Shown here piece by piece: positions 24,501 through 39,600 of a stretch of 64,000 nt of DNA (position 1 is its first letter; the number at the start of each line of letters is the position of its first letter). Origin of the DNA: Chromera velia (lineage: Eukaryota). The DNA is taken from assembly GCA_018398765.1 (NCBI GenBank), contig JAHBMJ010000057.1, positions 62,001 to 126,000 of the forward strand, written 5' to 3'. A program made the position numbers and the translations under genes. The notes below the pieces were generated by a model that did no database searches, was not told the origin of the DNA, and saw nothing but the letters and a program-made list of their open reading frames with translations.

Positions 24501-27500
24501 GCAAACTGGGGGGGGGGCTCTGGCCTGACGGGGCAGTGCGACCTCCACTACGGAGATCTGACGGGTGCCGCCAATGCGTCCGACCGGTTTGAGGCGATGG
24601 CAGGGCCTAAATACTGTGGTCAGCCTGTGTGTGTGAGAGAAAGAGGGAGGGAGGGAGAGAGAGAGGGGGAGAGAGCACTTCAGCGTATGTTCAGTTGATT
24701 GTGTGCCACTTTTTGTTCATACATCCACGCATGTCTACAAGTACCTCTCTTTTTGACTCTGAGTATAATTCTGCGTCGAATTCCAGTTGTCCGATTCATC
24801 ATCCTCTGCCTTGATTGCAGCCTGCCTCACGGTCGGAACCCGCATCTCTGCCAGTCAGGTGGCGGCATACGGCGGTGTGGGGTCTGGTGTGGAGTGTCAG
24901 TGGGTGTGTGCGTCCGAGAGCGCCTGCAACTTTTTCTCCTGGGAAAAGACCTCGGGGACCTGCACGCTTCACTCAGACAACTCCACAACGACTCAGGAGA
25001 CAGACGTGATCATGGGACCGAAGGACTGCGGTCAGTGAGTCGGATGATGATGATGACGTCGTATCCTTCAGGTTTTGCTTCTTTCTTTGGCGTGCATGTC
25101 GATTTTGGAGTCAGCATTTGATTGGAACATATATTTCAACTTCTTGCAAGGTTTTTGGAATGGAACTCACCGGTTTCGTGCACAACTGTGCGTAAATGTC
25201 TGCTGTTCTCAGAATGTCTGCTGGTGGAGACGCCTGGCTCCTGCGCGCGTTTGTAGTCCTTTATATAAATACCCTCCCTATTTCTCATTGCACCGAATGC
25301 CATTCAGGTGCCGACGAGTGCAGCTCAGGGTCCCATAACTGCGCGTACGGGGCGACGTGCTCGAAGTCCGTTGGCGGGTTCTCCTGTTCCTGTGACAAGT
25401 CGACGGGGCTGCAGAGTCTGGCGGCAGACAACTCTTCTTGCATCGGTCGGTTGCTTGGATGGCGGTCGTGTGTGAGTTTGGCAGATTGGTGGCGGCTTGC
25501 TATGTGTTTATGAATGCTCAATGAAACGCATGCTTGCGTGCATGTTTGCATTGGGGGCTTGTACTTAGCCATATATTCGTTTGGTCATTCATCCATTCAC
25601 CCATCCGCAATTTTTCATTTCAAATGAATGTCCGTCGACTTCAATTTGTTCTCGTAAAGTCGATCTGACTATCTTCGAAGGGTGGCAGCCTCTCACCAGC
25701 GGCGGCGTGTGTCCGCCTTCACATCTTACTCCCTCTCCATGATGCACATACGTATGTTGTCTCCTTGTTTGCAGGCTGCATCTCTCACGGCAGGTCCCTC
25801 ACTTACAACACAGGCACAGCGACGGTGGCGACTGCAGATTCAGTCTCGACCTGCCAGGACGCGTGTGCGAGCGACGCAACTTGTCTGTACTTCAATTACA
25901 AGAGCTTGACTTGGGGCTCCGCAGCAAACTCGACGTTGAGGGGCGAGTGCCTGTTGGTGGCCAATCTGACTGGGACGTCCTTTCTGTCCACTTACCCTGA
26001 ACAGGAAATGGCGGGGCCCAAATATTGCGGTCGGTCAGCATCTGTCTCTCTGTCTGTCTGTCTGTCTGTCTGTCTGTTGTGTGCCTGTACGACGTCTAAT
26101 CATGTTCAGGTATGTCTTTGAGTGAAGATCGCCATGCGTTCTTTAACGTACACTGTGCCGTTGTTAGGCTCTGACCTGAGAGGAGAAACTTACAAGTCTC
26201 TCATAACAACTCTCTCAACCGTGAAGACCCACCTCACGATGAAAATTCACGAAATACGCATTCGCCTGTCTGTGTTTGCAGCCTGCTATTCCGTGGGTGT
26301 CCTGATCAACGACACCCTGATAGAAACTCTCTCTGGAGTGAAGACCTCGTGGGAGTGCCAGTGGACCTGTCATCAACATGCGACCTGCCAGTTCTTCTCT
26401 CACCAGGCCAACTCGGAGAACTGCACTCTGCACCTGAACGGCACCACAACGGCCACTCAAGCGGACTCCGTGTCGGGACCCAAGTACTGCGGTGCGTCTG
26501 TTTACGGCCTCTGGCTGTTTTGTCTGGTGTTTGAAAACTCGCTTATCTTCGCAATCGGTTCACTCTCTCAATTCTCCTCCGGTGTATGTGTTGAGCCCCA
26601 ATGCCAGCGAATGCGCGTATAGACTGCAGAGTGACTGTCAAGCAGAGTCATTCTGCCTTGCCTCGATGTAACCCAAAAGAGGAAATCCGTTTCCACATAC
26701 CCGTCTGTCTGTCTGTCTGTCTCTGTTTGTTTGCAGACCCGTGCACCTTCCAGATGGACAACTGTGACGCCAACGCCGCGTGTGCCATCGGGGGGGGGAG
26801 CTTCACTTGCTCGTGCAACCAGGGTTACTATGACGATACGGGGGCGGCGGCTGCAAACGCGACCAGCTGTGCAGGTAGGCTCGAGACTGCAACGTGTCTG
26901 CTTTGTGAAGTGATCATATGCGTGTTTTCGACAGCTGTCTCACAATCTTGGTGCATCAAGCGAGAAAGATGTGTGTGCCTATTCAAGCAAGCAATACAAA
27001 AACACGACTGCAGAAGTTCCACAAGATCCATGCAGACTTTCATAACAAGGCATTGTATAAGTGCACTCTGTGCATTTGTTTTGTGGTCTCTGCCCTCCGA
27101 TCTCCTTTCCCGGCTGCGTGCCTGCGTTCCTGCCCACTGGAGTGACTGCAGACGTCGACGAGTGTGCGGGGAACCTCCACGACTGCCTGCATTTCTTTTC
27201 ATACAGAATTGTTTTGATTTATTTTCATGCATAAGGGATTCTGTATGAAAATAAATGCATGGAGTGCAGACGTCGACGAGTGTGCGGGGAACCTCCACGA
27301 CTGTCACGCAGACGCAAATTGCACGAACAGCCCGGGCAGTTTCTCCTGCCAATGCAACGTCGGCTTTTCGGATCTTGGGGGGGCGTACCCAGGATTGAGC
27401 TGTGCAGGTGGGTAGTGTTTTCCTTGCATGTTCTTGAATAACGGAGAAGCCTTTGGCTTTCCTGCACGCAAAAAAGAGAACGCACACCGACCTGCTTAGG

Positions 27501-30500
27501 AGCAGCTTTGTCTGAGCACGTAGCAGGGCGGATGTATCGGCTTATACTTTTTGTCATCGTTGTGAGGGTCATCCGAGAGTCAGGTGAGGGTCATCTGAGG
27601 GTCATCTGAGGGTCATCTGAGGGTCAGCTGAGGGTCATCTGAGGGTCATCTGAGGGTCGGGTGAGGGTCATCTGAGGGTCATCTGAGGGTCATCTGAGGG
27701 TCATCTGAGGGTCATCTGAGGGTCATCTGAGGGTCATCTGAGGGTCATCTGAGGGTCAGGTGAGGGTCAGCTGAGGGTCATCTGAGGGTCAGGTGAGGGT
27801 CATCTGAGGGTCAGCTGAGGGTCAGCTGAGGGTCATCTGAGGGTCAGCTGAGGGTCAGCTGAGGGTCATCTGAGGGTCAGGTGAGGGTCATCTGAGGGGC
27901 AGGTGAGGGTCATCTGAGGGTCAGGATATGGTCTGACGTCCATCGGCTGAAAGTGTTTGTTATAGACACTGAGAGATGCTTAAACATGTTTCCTCCAAAT
28001 GTATTTATCCATGTCTACGATTATTTTTTTTTGTGCAGACATCGACGAGTGCTCTAATAAAACGCACGACTGTGCCTACGGAGCCTCTTGCACAAACACA
28101 ACGGGGTCTTTTACCTGTTCGTGTGACAGAGCAGATGGACTCCTGTCCATTGGAACGTTCGGAGGAGTGCAGTGCATCGGTGAGTGATTTGAATGAGTGA
28201 GGGAGAATGAATGATTGCACAAGGGAGAGAAACCTAGGAATGCCTTGCTGTGGGTGTTTAGTCAGCACGTAGGGAGATGGGGGGGCACAGAAGAAAGTGG
28301 CTGTTTTCCTCCAGTATCCTAAGCGCTCCTTTCTGCTTGATTGAAAAGGTATGACAACACACACGCTCTATTCCTTGGCTTCATCCTGCATCTTCGTACG
28401 GCCCAGAGCCCTGCGTACGATCATCTGCCGAGCATCCGGACAGGCCTGTACTGCTGACGCTGAATGTATGACGCTTGCATATGTCGATATGCATGCAGGA
28501 TGCACCCATCACGGGTTCGAGTTGTCGTCCAGCAACAGTGACTCGGACTCCTTCCCTGGGAACTTGACAGCCTGCCAGAGCCTCTGCGCATCCGATACCC
28601 AGTGCGTCTTCTTCCAGTACCTCTCTGCTGACTGGGGAGGGGGCGCTGCGGGGACGGCAGGAAAGTGCAGTCTGCACTACGGAGATCCGGGGGGCTCCAG
28701 TCTGTCCACTTACCCTTTTGAGACAGCCACAGGGCCCAAATACTGTGGTGGGTTCCTTTATTTTAAATTCGCAAACTAATTGTGCGAGTACTGTTTGAGT
28801 GCAGCAGTATCTCTCGTGACAAAGACAATTTGTTTCGGCCTCACCAATCTGCTTCGTTCTCTCAAATCTCGTCCGCTCTCCAAAATCGTCTTCATGTTGT
28901 GAAACCGCCTTCGCTCTGTCCAGAGAGCCACCGAACTCGACCTTGAAAAAGACGATGCGCTGGCGTCCTGAATTCAGAAATATCTTGTTGAAATTTGTCG
29001 GCATAGAATTTGATCATTTCTGCAATTGCTGTTTGACCCCAGTCAGTATTGCTTGTTTTGTTCAATTGCAGCATGCTACAGTATCGGGTCTCGCATCTCC
29101 AACGGCTCTCTCGTGGGGTCCTCTTCTCTCCTCAATACACCGGCAGAGTGTCAGTGGGCGTGCGCTGCTGACAGCTCCTGCGAGTTCTTCTCATACAACA
29201 CCTCTTCCGGGAATTGCTCTCTGCTGTCGCACGACTGGGGGAGGACTGCGGAGAGTGACGTCGTGTCTGGGCCGAAATTGTGTGGTCAGTTTGCAATATG
29301 TCACACGCTAAAGCCCTTATGGGGATATGTCAATAGCTGCTTCCAACCTGCTGCTGTCCAAGCTGCTTTTTGCCGAAATCACATATCCCCCCTGTTGGTG
29401 AATGTGACCTGCTGACTATTCATCTTTTTCCCTTTTTTCCTCTTCTTTCGCACTTATTTTCCGGAATCTGTCTGGCTTGTGCACTTTCATGCGGACCCCT
29501 CTGTAACGAGCAAATGTGTGCATGTTGCATGTGTATGCATATGCAGACGCCCACGCAGTGTGATTGAATAACACGTGTGTACTTGTGCGTGCATGACGCT
29601 GTGTGCAGACCCATGTGCCCATAGCACCCACGACTGCGACGTGAATGCGGCCTGTTCGTTTGGGGCCGGCAGTTTCTCTTGCGTCTGCAATCTGGGGTAC
29701 CTCGATGATTCCGGGGCGGGGGCTGCAAACGCAACCAGCTGTGCAGGTGGGTGGGTGGGTGGGCGTATGGACGTGCATGATGTGCTCATCTCGACTGTGA
29801 AAAGGACGTTGTTTTCCGGAGAGCCGGATTTTCATGAAACTCTCTGATTGAGTGAGACTGTCGCGTAGTAAGCGTCAAAGGGAAGAAAGATTGAAGCAGA
29901 CTACACAAGGTAGATATTAATGTTTGAGTTTCCAACTTTGTCGTGTGTACAGTGAGCGTCCTGGCTGTAATAAGAAGAAAACAGAAGCCATGTGCATTTT
30001 CATCCGCATTTTCTTCGCAAACATCACTGCATATTCCTCACACGTCGTTCGTCACTATCGTCTCTGCCTCCATGAATGCAGACATCGACGAGTGCACTAC
30101 GAACGTCCACGACTGCCACGCCAACGCGACGTGCACAAACACGAACGGCAGCTTCTTCTGTGAGTGCATCGCGGGATTCCGGGACGATCCCTCGTCGGCA
30201 GGGGCTCCGAACGGGACGGTGTGCATCGGTGAGTTGGTCTCTCTCTCACACACAGAAATACACACACACACACACACACACACTTATGTGCATCGGTGAG
30301 TTGGTACATACATGCATGCAGTTGGTTGGTGGGCTTACTTTGTAAAATGGAATTTGCGTGGTGATCCAAATGACCCCTTTTTTTTCTCTTCTGTCGAATG
30401 ACACAACTTGAATGCGACAAAATGAATGAATGCACACACACATACACACACACACATACACACACACGCATACATACACATACACACACACACACATACA

Positions 30501-30573
30501 CACATACACACACACACACACATACACACACACACACATACACACACACACACACATACACACACACACACAC

Positions 30574-30613
<40 letters not shown>

Positions 30614-33600
30614 GTTCATGCATTTATTCAATCCGCGTACCTGCCTGCAGATGCGGACGAGTGCACGAACGACCCCTTCCCGAACGACTGCGACGTCGCA
30701 GCCAATTGCACAAATTCTGTGGGCAGCTTTTCGTGTGCCTGTCCCGCAACCGGGTGGTATGACACCAGCGCTGTGGGAATGAGAAACGGGACGAATTGCA
30801 CGAGTAAGTGGGCAATTCTGGGTCTCTTTCCAAACTTGCGAATGCGTGTAGTAGGGGAGGGGATCGTTGGGTGAGGCAAACAGAATGGAGAGGTGATTCT
30901 TTCATATGGGTCTAGATTGAACCACTCTCCGATGACCTGCATTTTCTGAGTAAATTAATTCAACAGTAGATGCAACAAATTGCTCATTTGAAAGCAAAAG
31001 CAGTCCCGTGAGGTTCTCTAAAATCCCGGACATCTCTGCAGACATCGACGAGTGCACGGACTCTCAATTCTCTGACGACTGCCACAATTGGGCTCTGTGC
31101 AATGACACAGACGGCAGCTTCACGTGCACGTGTAACGCCGGGTATGACGGGAACGGGACCTCTTGCCATGGTCAGTCAGTCCGCGGAGCGGGAAAATGAC
31201 ATAGTAAGAAGAGGTCCTAGTGATTTTGTATGCCTTTTAACTTTACTGACTGTAATTGGAGGCACTCTCTCTCGATGAGTATATCTCTTTTTACTATGGT
31301 CAGTCAGCGGAGCCGAAACTGACATTTACTCTCTCACTTTTCGGACAGGCATTGTCTTCTATGTGCCGTTTTATGAAAGGTGTGGCAGGTTCCCAACTTT
31401 ACCGCTTGCTTAGATTGGTGTTGAAGCGGGCACTTCAGTCTGTGTCCTGAAGAGTGGAGCAAAATTTTGCAGTTTTTTCCCGTCTTATTGTCTCTTTGTT
31501 TTTGTTCTTCCTCACTTTATCTGTTTGTCTGTCTGTCTATCTGTCTGTCTGTCGATTGCAGACGTCGACGAGTGCACGAACCCCTCTTTCCCCAACGACT
31601 GCGACGCTGTTGCGACTTGCACGAACACTACGGGCAGCTTCTTGTGCGCCTGCCCGACGAAAGGCTGGTACGACACCAGTGCTGCTGGAGCGGGGAATGG
31701 GACAAATTGCACAAGTAAGTGAGCATGGACTGCATGTACCAGTCGGTCATTCTTCAGTGACAAAAGCCCATATTAATTGTTTGCAAACGCAACGGAGGCC
31801 CTTGTACCGCAGGCCGTCCTTCTTTTTCGTGCATGGATTGATACAGAAAGTAAGAATTCAATTTATCACCACCATGTTTGGTGCGTCCATTCTGAATGTG
31901 AGCGAATGCAGACATCGACGAGTGCACGGACTCTCAATTCTCTGACGACTGCCACAATTGGGCTCTGTGCAATGACACAGAAGGCAGCTTCACGTGCACG
32001 TGCAATGCCGGGTATGACGGGAACGGGACCTCTTGCCAGGGTCAGTCGGTCACTTGCTTCAATTGCGCGTGACTGGATGCAAGAGAAGGGGGGGGGATTT
32101 TCTTGGTGATTCGAATTGCGTTGTACAGGGACCGTCCTTGAGACGATGAGACGAAGCTGACCTTCTATCTGGATGACAGTTAGTGTTCTGGCTGGGTTTC
32201 CATCATTTCAAAATGAGTGGCGAGACTATCTGCTGGTTATCTCTCATTTTTTATGCAGACGTCGACGAGTGCACAAATCCCTCGTTCCCCCACAACTGCG
32301 ATGCGGTCGCGAACTGCACAAACACTACGGGCAGCTTCCTGTGTGCCTGTCCGGCGAAGGGGTGGTATGATACGAGTGGATCTGGAGCGGGGAACGGGAC
32401 CAATTGTACAAGTGAGTGAGTGAGTGAATGAGTGGGTCTCTGAATGGATTGAATATTTCTGTTTTGTGAGTTCATTGGAGACCCCTGAGGAGGTGCCTGA
32501 TGGTGTTGAATGAGTGAGCGGGGATGCATTCTTTTGACCTCTCTCTTTCTCTATGTGAGGGATGGAAGCGGGAGGTGGTAGTTCCAGAAAGAAGCGGAAA
32601 AGAGAGCCAAGACGTCAATTAAAAGATGATTGAGATGGGAACAGGGAGTTTTATCTTTTGAGCGATGAATCTCGTACAACGAACGCAGACATCGACGAGT
32701 GCGCTGACGTTCTCTTCTCCCACGACTGCCACGCCCAGGCGACGTGCACAGACAACAATGGCAGTTTCGCGTGTGGGTGCAACTCCGGATTCAGTGGAGA
32801 CGGACTGAATTGCACAAGTGAGCAAAGGGTGCGGTGTCAGCAAAATTCGTCTTCCCTTGGCATGCCTTGGAAATAGGCCTGATTTAAAACAACATTTTTT
32901 CTGCGTCATCTTTGAAACACCATCAAGACCCTGCAGAAATAATACAGAATGTTTGTTTATTTCTTAAATGTGTGTTGCGTTCTCCGTCTTGAGTTTGAAG
33001 AGGAAGGCGTCCCTGCTACTCAGGTTTTGCAAAGAACCTCTTGTGTCCTCTTGTGCTTTTCTCCCGTCTGCAGACATCGACGAATGTGGTACGTCTACGG
33101 ACAACTGCGACGTCCAGGCTGCGTGCAACGACACATTTGGCAGCTTCACATGCACGTGCAACGCCGGGTATGACGGTAGCGGCACTTCTTGCAGTGGTCA
33201 GTGGCGGCATGGATTGTTTTGTTTTCACCTGACGCTCTTTTGCTTCTCAGACACGCCGCAAGATGCGAGACTCGCCTCTTACCGTGCAAGACCGATTTCT
33301 GTGGACCTGTTTGTGTGTCTGTCTGTCTGTCTGTCTGTCTATCTGTCTTTCTGCAGACGTCGACGAGTGCACGAACCCCTCTTTCCCCAACAACTGCGAC
33401 GCCGTTGCGACTTGCACGAACAGTACAGGAAGCTTCTACTGCGGATGTCCTGCAACTGGATGGTATGACACGAGTGCTGTTGGAATGGGAAACGGAACGA
33501 ATTGCACAAGTGAGTCGGCGTCTGCTTGCCTTCTGCACACACTAGTGCATAACGGGTTTGCAAAAGGATCCGACCTCAGTTCATGATTAGGAGCACCTTT

Positions 33601-36600
33601 GTGATGCAGCGATTAGAAGCGATGTCTATGTACAGTTGTCTGTTGTTCATCTTGGGGATCCAACGCTCAGCTTTCGAGAGATTGCAGGAATGTCACCGAA
33701 CCACCGACTGACAACCTCACCCAGGAAAACCTGACGACGCACACAGTTGCCCCACATTCAGCCGATCGACTGAAAATTCGCGGGCAGGTATCTGTCTGCT
33801 TTTCTTTTCTTCTCTTCTCTTTTTTGGTCTCATGTCACTTTCTTTCTTTCTGAGTCGGGGTCCATTCTTTTCTTTTCTGCTCTGTTTCTATTCATGAGCG
33901 AATGCAGACATCGACGAGTGCACGGACTCTCAATTCTCTGACGACTGCCACAATTGGGCTCTGTGCAATGACACAGACGGCAGCTTCACGTGCACGTGCA
34001 ACGCCGGGTATGACGGGAACGGGACCTCTTGTCATGGTCAGTCAGAGAACCAGAGAAAGAAATCTTCTCTGTACGCTGTTACAAACGTAGCGACGAGGGA
34101 ATCGTGTTTCCTTCTTCCTTGCGCTTCATCAAAAGCAGCCGCGACTCTGCATGGGGTCAGCAGAGAATTCTGGAGGATGCGACGACTGTAGCATCGGAAT
34201 TGAGGGAGTGAAAAGGGCCTGAAACTAAATTGACGCACGCAATCAGAGCGCCTTGCGTGCATCAATTGAGGGAGAGGAAAGGGCCTGAAAGTGAATTGAC
34301 GCACGCAATCAGAGCGCCTTGCGTGCGTTAATTGAGGGAGAGGAAAGGGCCTGAAAGTGAATGAATTTGCTTTGGGTCTTTCTTACTGGACAGATGCGCT
34401 GGGACATTCAGAGGAAGATGTATGAAAAACTGTGTTTCCATTCAGAGGAAGATTGATGAAAAACTGTGTTTCCATTCAGAGGAAGATTGATGAAAAACTG
34501 TGTTTCCATTCGAAAATGGAGAGTCCAAATTCATTGATTGCTCTGCAGACATCGACGAGTGCACACTCAACACGCACAACTGCGACGCCAACGCCACATG
34601 CACAAACACGACAGGGTCCTTCAGTTGTGCCTGCGACGTTGGGTTCAACGGGACCGGCCTCCTCTGCAGTGGTCAGTCTGGGTCTTTGTCCGGTTACCTT
34701 CTCTCTGTCTGACGATTTTTTTATCTGTACGTCGTCTGTTGCTCTGTGTCTCTCCATCGTTCTCTGGTTGACGATCTGTTTATCTGTATGTCGTCTGTTG
34801 CTCTGTGTCTCTGCGCACAGTCTACTGAAGTGCTCACAGCCCTAGCTGTGCTGGATGCGATGACTCTTTGCAGACATCGACGAGTGCAGCACAAGCACGG
34901 ACAACTGCCATGCAAGTGCTGGGTGCACAAATGACTTCGGCTCCTTCAGCTGCAGCTGCAACACAGGATTTGCCGGAGACGGGATCGACTGCAGTGGTCG
35001 GTCTTTCCGCCATGCACAGGTCCAGAATCAGTCTCTTGTTCCATTTGAAATTTCTGAAGCAATTTCTTTCGTCAAGTCATGGTTTGCAACATCTTGCCAT
35101 GCATAGAGTTCGCAGCAGTACACATTTAGAGAGATAATCCTTCTCCCCAAACGCCGACCTGTACTGCTGTCATAAAAATGTGTCTTTTTTTCTGCTTGCA
35201 GACATCGACGAGTGCACAGACGCCACACACACGCACAACTGCGACGCCGACGCCACGTGCACAAACACAACAGGCTCCTTCAGTTGTGCGTGCAACGGCG
35301 GCTTTGAGGGGACAGGAGTTGTGTGCAATGGTCAGTCTCTCTCCATTCTGAATTACGAATATTTTTGAATATTTTTCGATATTTTTGGATTTTTTTGGAT
35401 ATTTTTTGGATATTTGTGGAGTCGTGCAACGGCGGCTTTGAGGGGACAGGAGTTGTGTGCAGTGGTGCGTCTTTTTTTGTTGTGTCTGACTGTCTGTCTG
35501 CGGTATCGTCAGAGCGCCCTTCTGCCTTCTTCGCTGCCCCTTCGTTCGTTCGTTCGTTTGTCCATCTGAGGTTTCCTATCTGATAAGGACCGCCAAGAGC
35601 TTCCTGTGACTTTCCGGTCCATTTGTTCACACTCCTTTCCTTCCGCCCTTTTAAAAGCAAGGCTCCCGTCTCTGCATCTCCCCTAAACGTCCTCTCTCAT
35701 GCCTGCGTTCTCTTCTCTTCTTTCCCGACTGCATGTTTTCTTTTTTGCGTGCGTCAATGTCCTTTTCTCCCGACTGCATGTTTTCTTTTTTGCGTGCGTC
35801 AATGTCCTTTTCTGCCGACTGCATGTTTTCTTTTTTGCGTGCGTCAATGTCCTTTTCTCCCGACTGCATGTTTTCTTTTTTGCGTGCGTCAATGTCCTTT
35901 TCTCCCGACTACATGTTTTCTTTTTTGCGTGCGTCAATGTCCTTTTCTCCCGACTGCATGTTTTCTGTCTGCATGACAATCTCGATGTGGATGTATGTAT
36001 GCAGACGTCGATGAGTGTGCACTCACTACGCACAATTGCGACGCCAATGCACGTTGCACCAACACAACTGGGTCATTTCTGTGCGCTTGCAATGTTGGAT
36101 GGGGCGGAGATGGCGTCAGCTGTGCAAGTGCGTAAAGAATACAAGAGAACTATATGTATAATATGATCCCAGCAGAATTTACGTTGCACGCCTCGTTCTC
36201 TTTTCACCACAGATGGGCCCCCTTCGACCTCCTCCCGCCTGCAATTTTCCCTCCAGCTCACCTGCCATCTTTGCTTCCGCTCCAAGCATTTTGACGCATA
36301 CTTTGTGTCACCTAGTTCTTTCAAGAACATTCACTCACCTTGATTGTCTTCGTCAACCCACACGATTTTCTCTGCAGCGCTCGACGAGTGCGCTCTCCAG
36401 ACGCACAACTGCAACGGAAGTGCAACCTGCACAGACGCTGGGGGCTCTTTCTCTTGTGCATGCAACGCCGGGTTTGCGGGGGACGGCACCACCTGCACAA
36501 GTCAGTGAGTTGATGGGTGGACATTTTTTTGCCTCCATCTTGCTTGTTTGGTAGTTCTTCATATCTCTTTTGTTCATCTGGAGCGGCTGTCCGGGGATCA

Positions 36601-39600
36601 AGTGGGTATGATCGTGTGCCTCAACAGTCTGTGCTAAATTGAGTGGCCATGTGAATGCACATTCGCGGGATCGTCTGAAGTATCCAATGAACTACTATAG
36701 TCTTTTCTTGTTCGGAGTCCTTCTGTCCTGTCATCTTTGGGGCTTCTTTTCTCTGCAGACATCGACGAGTGCACTATCAGCACGCATAACTGCCATGCGA
36801 ATGGCGGATGCACCGACGATTTCGGGTCCTTCACCTGCAGCTGCAACACCGGATTTGCCGGGGACGGGATCGACTGCGCAGGTAAGTATGAGAAGACAAA
36901 CAAAAGGCGTCTTTTACAGCCTTTGATTTCGTGTCTGTCTGATCGACCTACTGTTTGTCGAGTTGCCAAAAAAGTCCATGCAACACGAGAGAATGCACAA
37001 GGATGGGCATTGAATGGTCTCGCAACGTTTCTGGATCAGGAGCTGACACCCAGGTGAATCAATCCATTTGCATTCAATCGGTGTGTGTGTGCAGACATCG
37101 ACGAGTGCACACTCAACACGCACAACTGCGACGCCAACGCCACGTGCACAAACACAACAGGGTCCTTCATTTGCGCCTGCAACGTTGGGTTCAACGGGAC
37201 CGGCGTCGTCTGCAGTGGTCAGTCATTGCTCCGACCTTTTTCCCCGTCTTTCTGTTGTTCCATGGATCTCTTCGTCTCTCTGTTTGTCTTTCTATGTCTC
37301 CGCCTTGGTCTGTCGTGGCCTTGCTGACAGTCAAGACTCTCTGAATTCTGAGTACTTTTGGATATTTTTGATGAATGCTGGTCAGTCTCTCTCGTTGTCT
37401 GTCGTAAGCTTGCTGACAGTAATCGCTCAACTTTTGTTTGCTGCAGACGTCGACGAGTGCACTCTGACTACCCACAACTGCAATGGCAACGCCACCTGCA
37501 CAGACACGTTTGGATCTTTCCTCTGCGGCTGCAACGTCGGATGGGGAGGGGATGGCCTGAATTGCACAAGTGAGCAGCAGTGTGAGGTCCTCCCTCAGCC
37601 TGCCGGGACGGGACATTGCACCATGCAAGTGATAAACGACAAAGCGAAACAATCAACCAACTGGCCGGGCTCCTGTTGCCCTCGCTTTGTTTTCCTCTCT
37701 CTGCTTCATTGAAACGAAACAGATGAAGGCCGTTTGTCTGCTGTGTCTTCTTTTGAATATTTTTTCTTTCTTTCTTTCTCATCACGCATGTCCTATCGAT
37801 CTGCAGCCCTGGACGAGTGCGCACTCCAGACGCACAACTGCAACGGAAGTGCAGCCTGCACAGACGCTGGGAGCTCTTTCTCTTGTGCATGCAACGCCGG
37901 GTTTGCGGGGGACGGCATCACGTGCACAAGTCAGTGACTTGACGAGCAAAGTTGTCTCTATCCAAAAGTGCAGCTAGTGCAGATGGACAACTGCATGCAG
38001 TGAGTACTCAATCGAGTGAATCGGTGTTTTCCTTTTTTGGACTAGCTCCTTTTTTGCGTGCGTCAATGTCCTTTTTTGCGTGCGTCAATCGGCGTTTTCC
38101 TTTTTTGGACCAGCCTCTCAGTCCCGTCCCGTCCCTGTCGTCTTCCACTCCTCTCCAATGTAGACATTGACGCACGCAAAAACTTGATTGAGCGTGTTTT
38201 TGGACTGGCACTCCAGTCGTCCCGTCCCGCCCCTGTCGTCCGTCACTCCTCTCACTCACATGTACTTTTCATCTTCTGCAGACATCGACGAGTGCAGCAC
38301 AAGCACCCACGACTGCCATGCGAGTGGCGGATGCACGGACGATTTCGGCTCCTTCACCTGCAGCTGTAACATCGGATTCGCAGGAGATGGAATTGGCTGC
38401 ACCGGTGAGCTTGAAATGATTGCCTTCCTGCGTATGACGGTTGTCTGCGCTCATCTTCATTTGATGCACACGCCTGCTGTAGCCTAGATCGATCTCAGTG
38501 CATCGCAAGGCATGCTGAAGAAGACAGCAGAAAAAGCTATTTCTCTGCCCCTTTTTTGAGGACAGATTTCGCTTCTGCGTTCTGTTGGGGGACGTCTCTT
38601 TTGATCACAATGTCTTCGGTTCCTTCCTTGCAGACATCGACGAGTGCACTCTCAACACACACAACTGCGACGCCAACGCCACATGCACAAACACGACAGG
38701 GTCCTTCAGTTGCGCGTGCAACAGCGGCCACGGGGGTACGGGAGTCGTGTGCAATGGTCAGTCGGTCTGCGCGGCCAGCTGTATCTGTCTCTCTGTGCGC
38801 GTGTCAGAAGGCTTCGACGTCTTTCTGTCTCTGTCTGTTCGGGCTTTGGTATGCCTTTCTGTTTCTGTTCTTGGAAACCGATGGTCTTTTTGAAGTCTGC
38901 ACTCCTTTTGATTTGCTGCAGACGTCGACGAGTGCACTCTGAACACCCACAACTGCGATGGCAACGCCACCTGCACAGACACGTTTGGATCTTTCCTCTG
39001 CGGCTGCAACGTCGGATGGGGAGGGGACGGCCTCAATTGCAGCAGTGAGTTGATGAACCGAGAACTTTCGGCACTCTAATATGTTTCTTTCTAATTTGTT
39101 TGTAAACTCTGGCTGATGAATATGGACGTCCTATCGCATGCCGGCCCGTACATTTGTCATCAAATAAGAATGCAACAAGAATATTCAAATGCTCCGCTCA
39201 ATACAACGAGAATATCAAACAGCAACTCTGGCCCGTACATTTGTCATCAAATAAGAATGCAACAAGAATCAATTTGATTTTGGAGACGAGACGCGTATTC
39301 AAGCACTCGGCTTGAGCCTGCATGAAAATGATCTTTTGCAGCCCTAGATAAGCGCTTGCACAGTCTGACGGATGCATCTGTCCTGTTCGATGTCGATACT
39401 TTTTTCAGCAAAGAGAAACAAAAACTCAATCGTTCATTCAATCGTTTCTGCAGCCCTGGATGAGTGCACCCTCCAGACGCACAACTGCGACGCCTCTGCC
39501 ACTTGCACAGACGCCGGGAGCTCATTCACATGTGCATGCAATGCTGGGTATAATGGCACTGGCCTCTCTTGCTCAGGTGAGAGAGACTCAGTAAGAAGTA

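Noticed and set aside
27563..27925. Interstitial telomere
   Set aside because: The unit is an 11-mer (TGAGGGTCATC), not a TTAGGG/TTTAGGG repeat, and it is intronic.
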